In this document: one piece after another, positions 19,817-20,000 of the stretch
Layout of the letters: the number at the start of each line of letters is the position of its first letter
Position numbering within the stretch: the first letter of the stretch is position 1
Assembly: GCA_900617105.1 (NCBI GenBank)
Contig: UYFQ01000473.1
Span: 50,781-70,780 of the forward strand
Length of the DNA: 20,000 nucleotides
Source: Hydrurus foetidus
Taxonomy: Eukaryota
Direction of reading: 5' to 3'
Position numbers and translations under genes: made by a program
Notes under the pieces: model-generated
The model's input: the letters and a program-made list of their open reading frames with translations, nothing else
The model's database searches: none
Told to the model about the DNA's origin: nothing

Positions 19817-20000
19817 CCCAAATCGACACCGGATGTCAAGTTGGGGACGTAATCAATCGTAGAGTCCTTCGGGGCCTACGTGGTGAACCCCAACTTCGCA
19901 CCACCGACTCTCCCATATGGATGTGTTCGGGTCTAAATAATCAATGTATTGAATCCACTGCTGTCCTTGATATTGTTGTATCATTTAACAAAACGGTTTG
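19640..20000 (+). CDS. pol: Start of pol: retropepsin-type aspartic protease, -1 frame relative to gag, open to window end
   Basis: The frame is open from 19609 and reads ...PIPGYRFGDRVDSRDRDSNRKDDSRQAEKTKTKIAAIETGPHPNLPPAMDQNSGMAALAQIDTGCQVGDVINRRVLRGL... The catalytic D-T-G is at 19825-19833. It is absent from the ORF track because it has no stop in the window. Confidence 0.8.

Larger units (their letters stand above)
16577..20000 (+). mobile_element. LTR retrotransposon, probably Ty3/Gypsy-like, 5' part (continues beyond window)
   Basis: Candidate LTR, ATG-free leader, large Gag ORF with CX2CX4HX4C knuckle, then an aspartic protease motif (AQIDTGC). Composition shifts to A/C-rich on the + strand. 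RT and integrase order is not visible, so the superfamily is inferred. Confidence 0.85.

Overview
Intron-rich eukaryotic DNA with GT-AG introns and the standard code; a protist origin is likely but is only an inference. Contents in order: (1) the last 12 exons of a UPF2 nonsense-mediated-decay gene on + (248-5513), with satellite-filled introns. (2) An orphan Cys-rich, probably secreted or single-pass membrane protein gene on + (~7390-8695), whose 3' splicing I could not resolve. (3) A 5-exon, ~1758-aa CEP192/Spd-2-like gene on - (15717-9836): a very long disordered N-terminus plus two ASH-type domains. (4) The 5' part of a Ty3/Gypsy-like LTR retrotransposon on + (16577 to window end): a ~218-bp candidate LTR, an 822-aa Gag with a CCHC knuckle, and an aspartic protease (DTG) in the -1 frame. 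Most notable: an AT-rich 131-nt GT-AG segment (19509-19639) whose removal puts Gag exactly in frame with the protease. This suggests Gag versus Gag-Pol is switched by splicing rather than ribosomal frameshifting. The element also has a palindrome, not a tRNA primer-binding site, directly after the candidate LTR.
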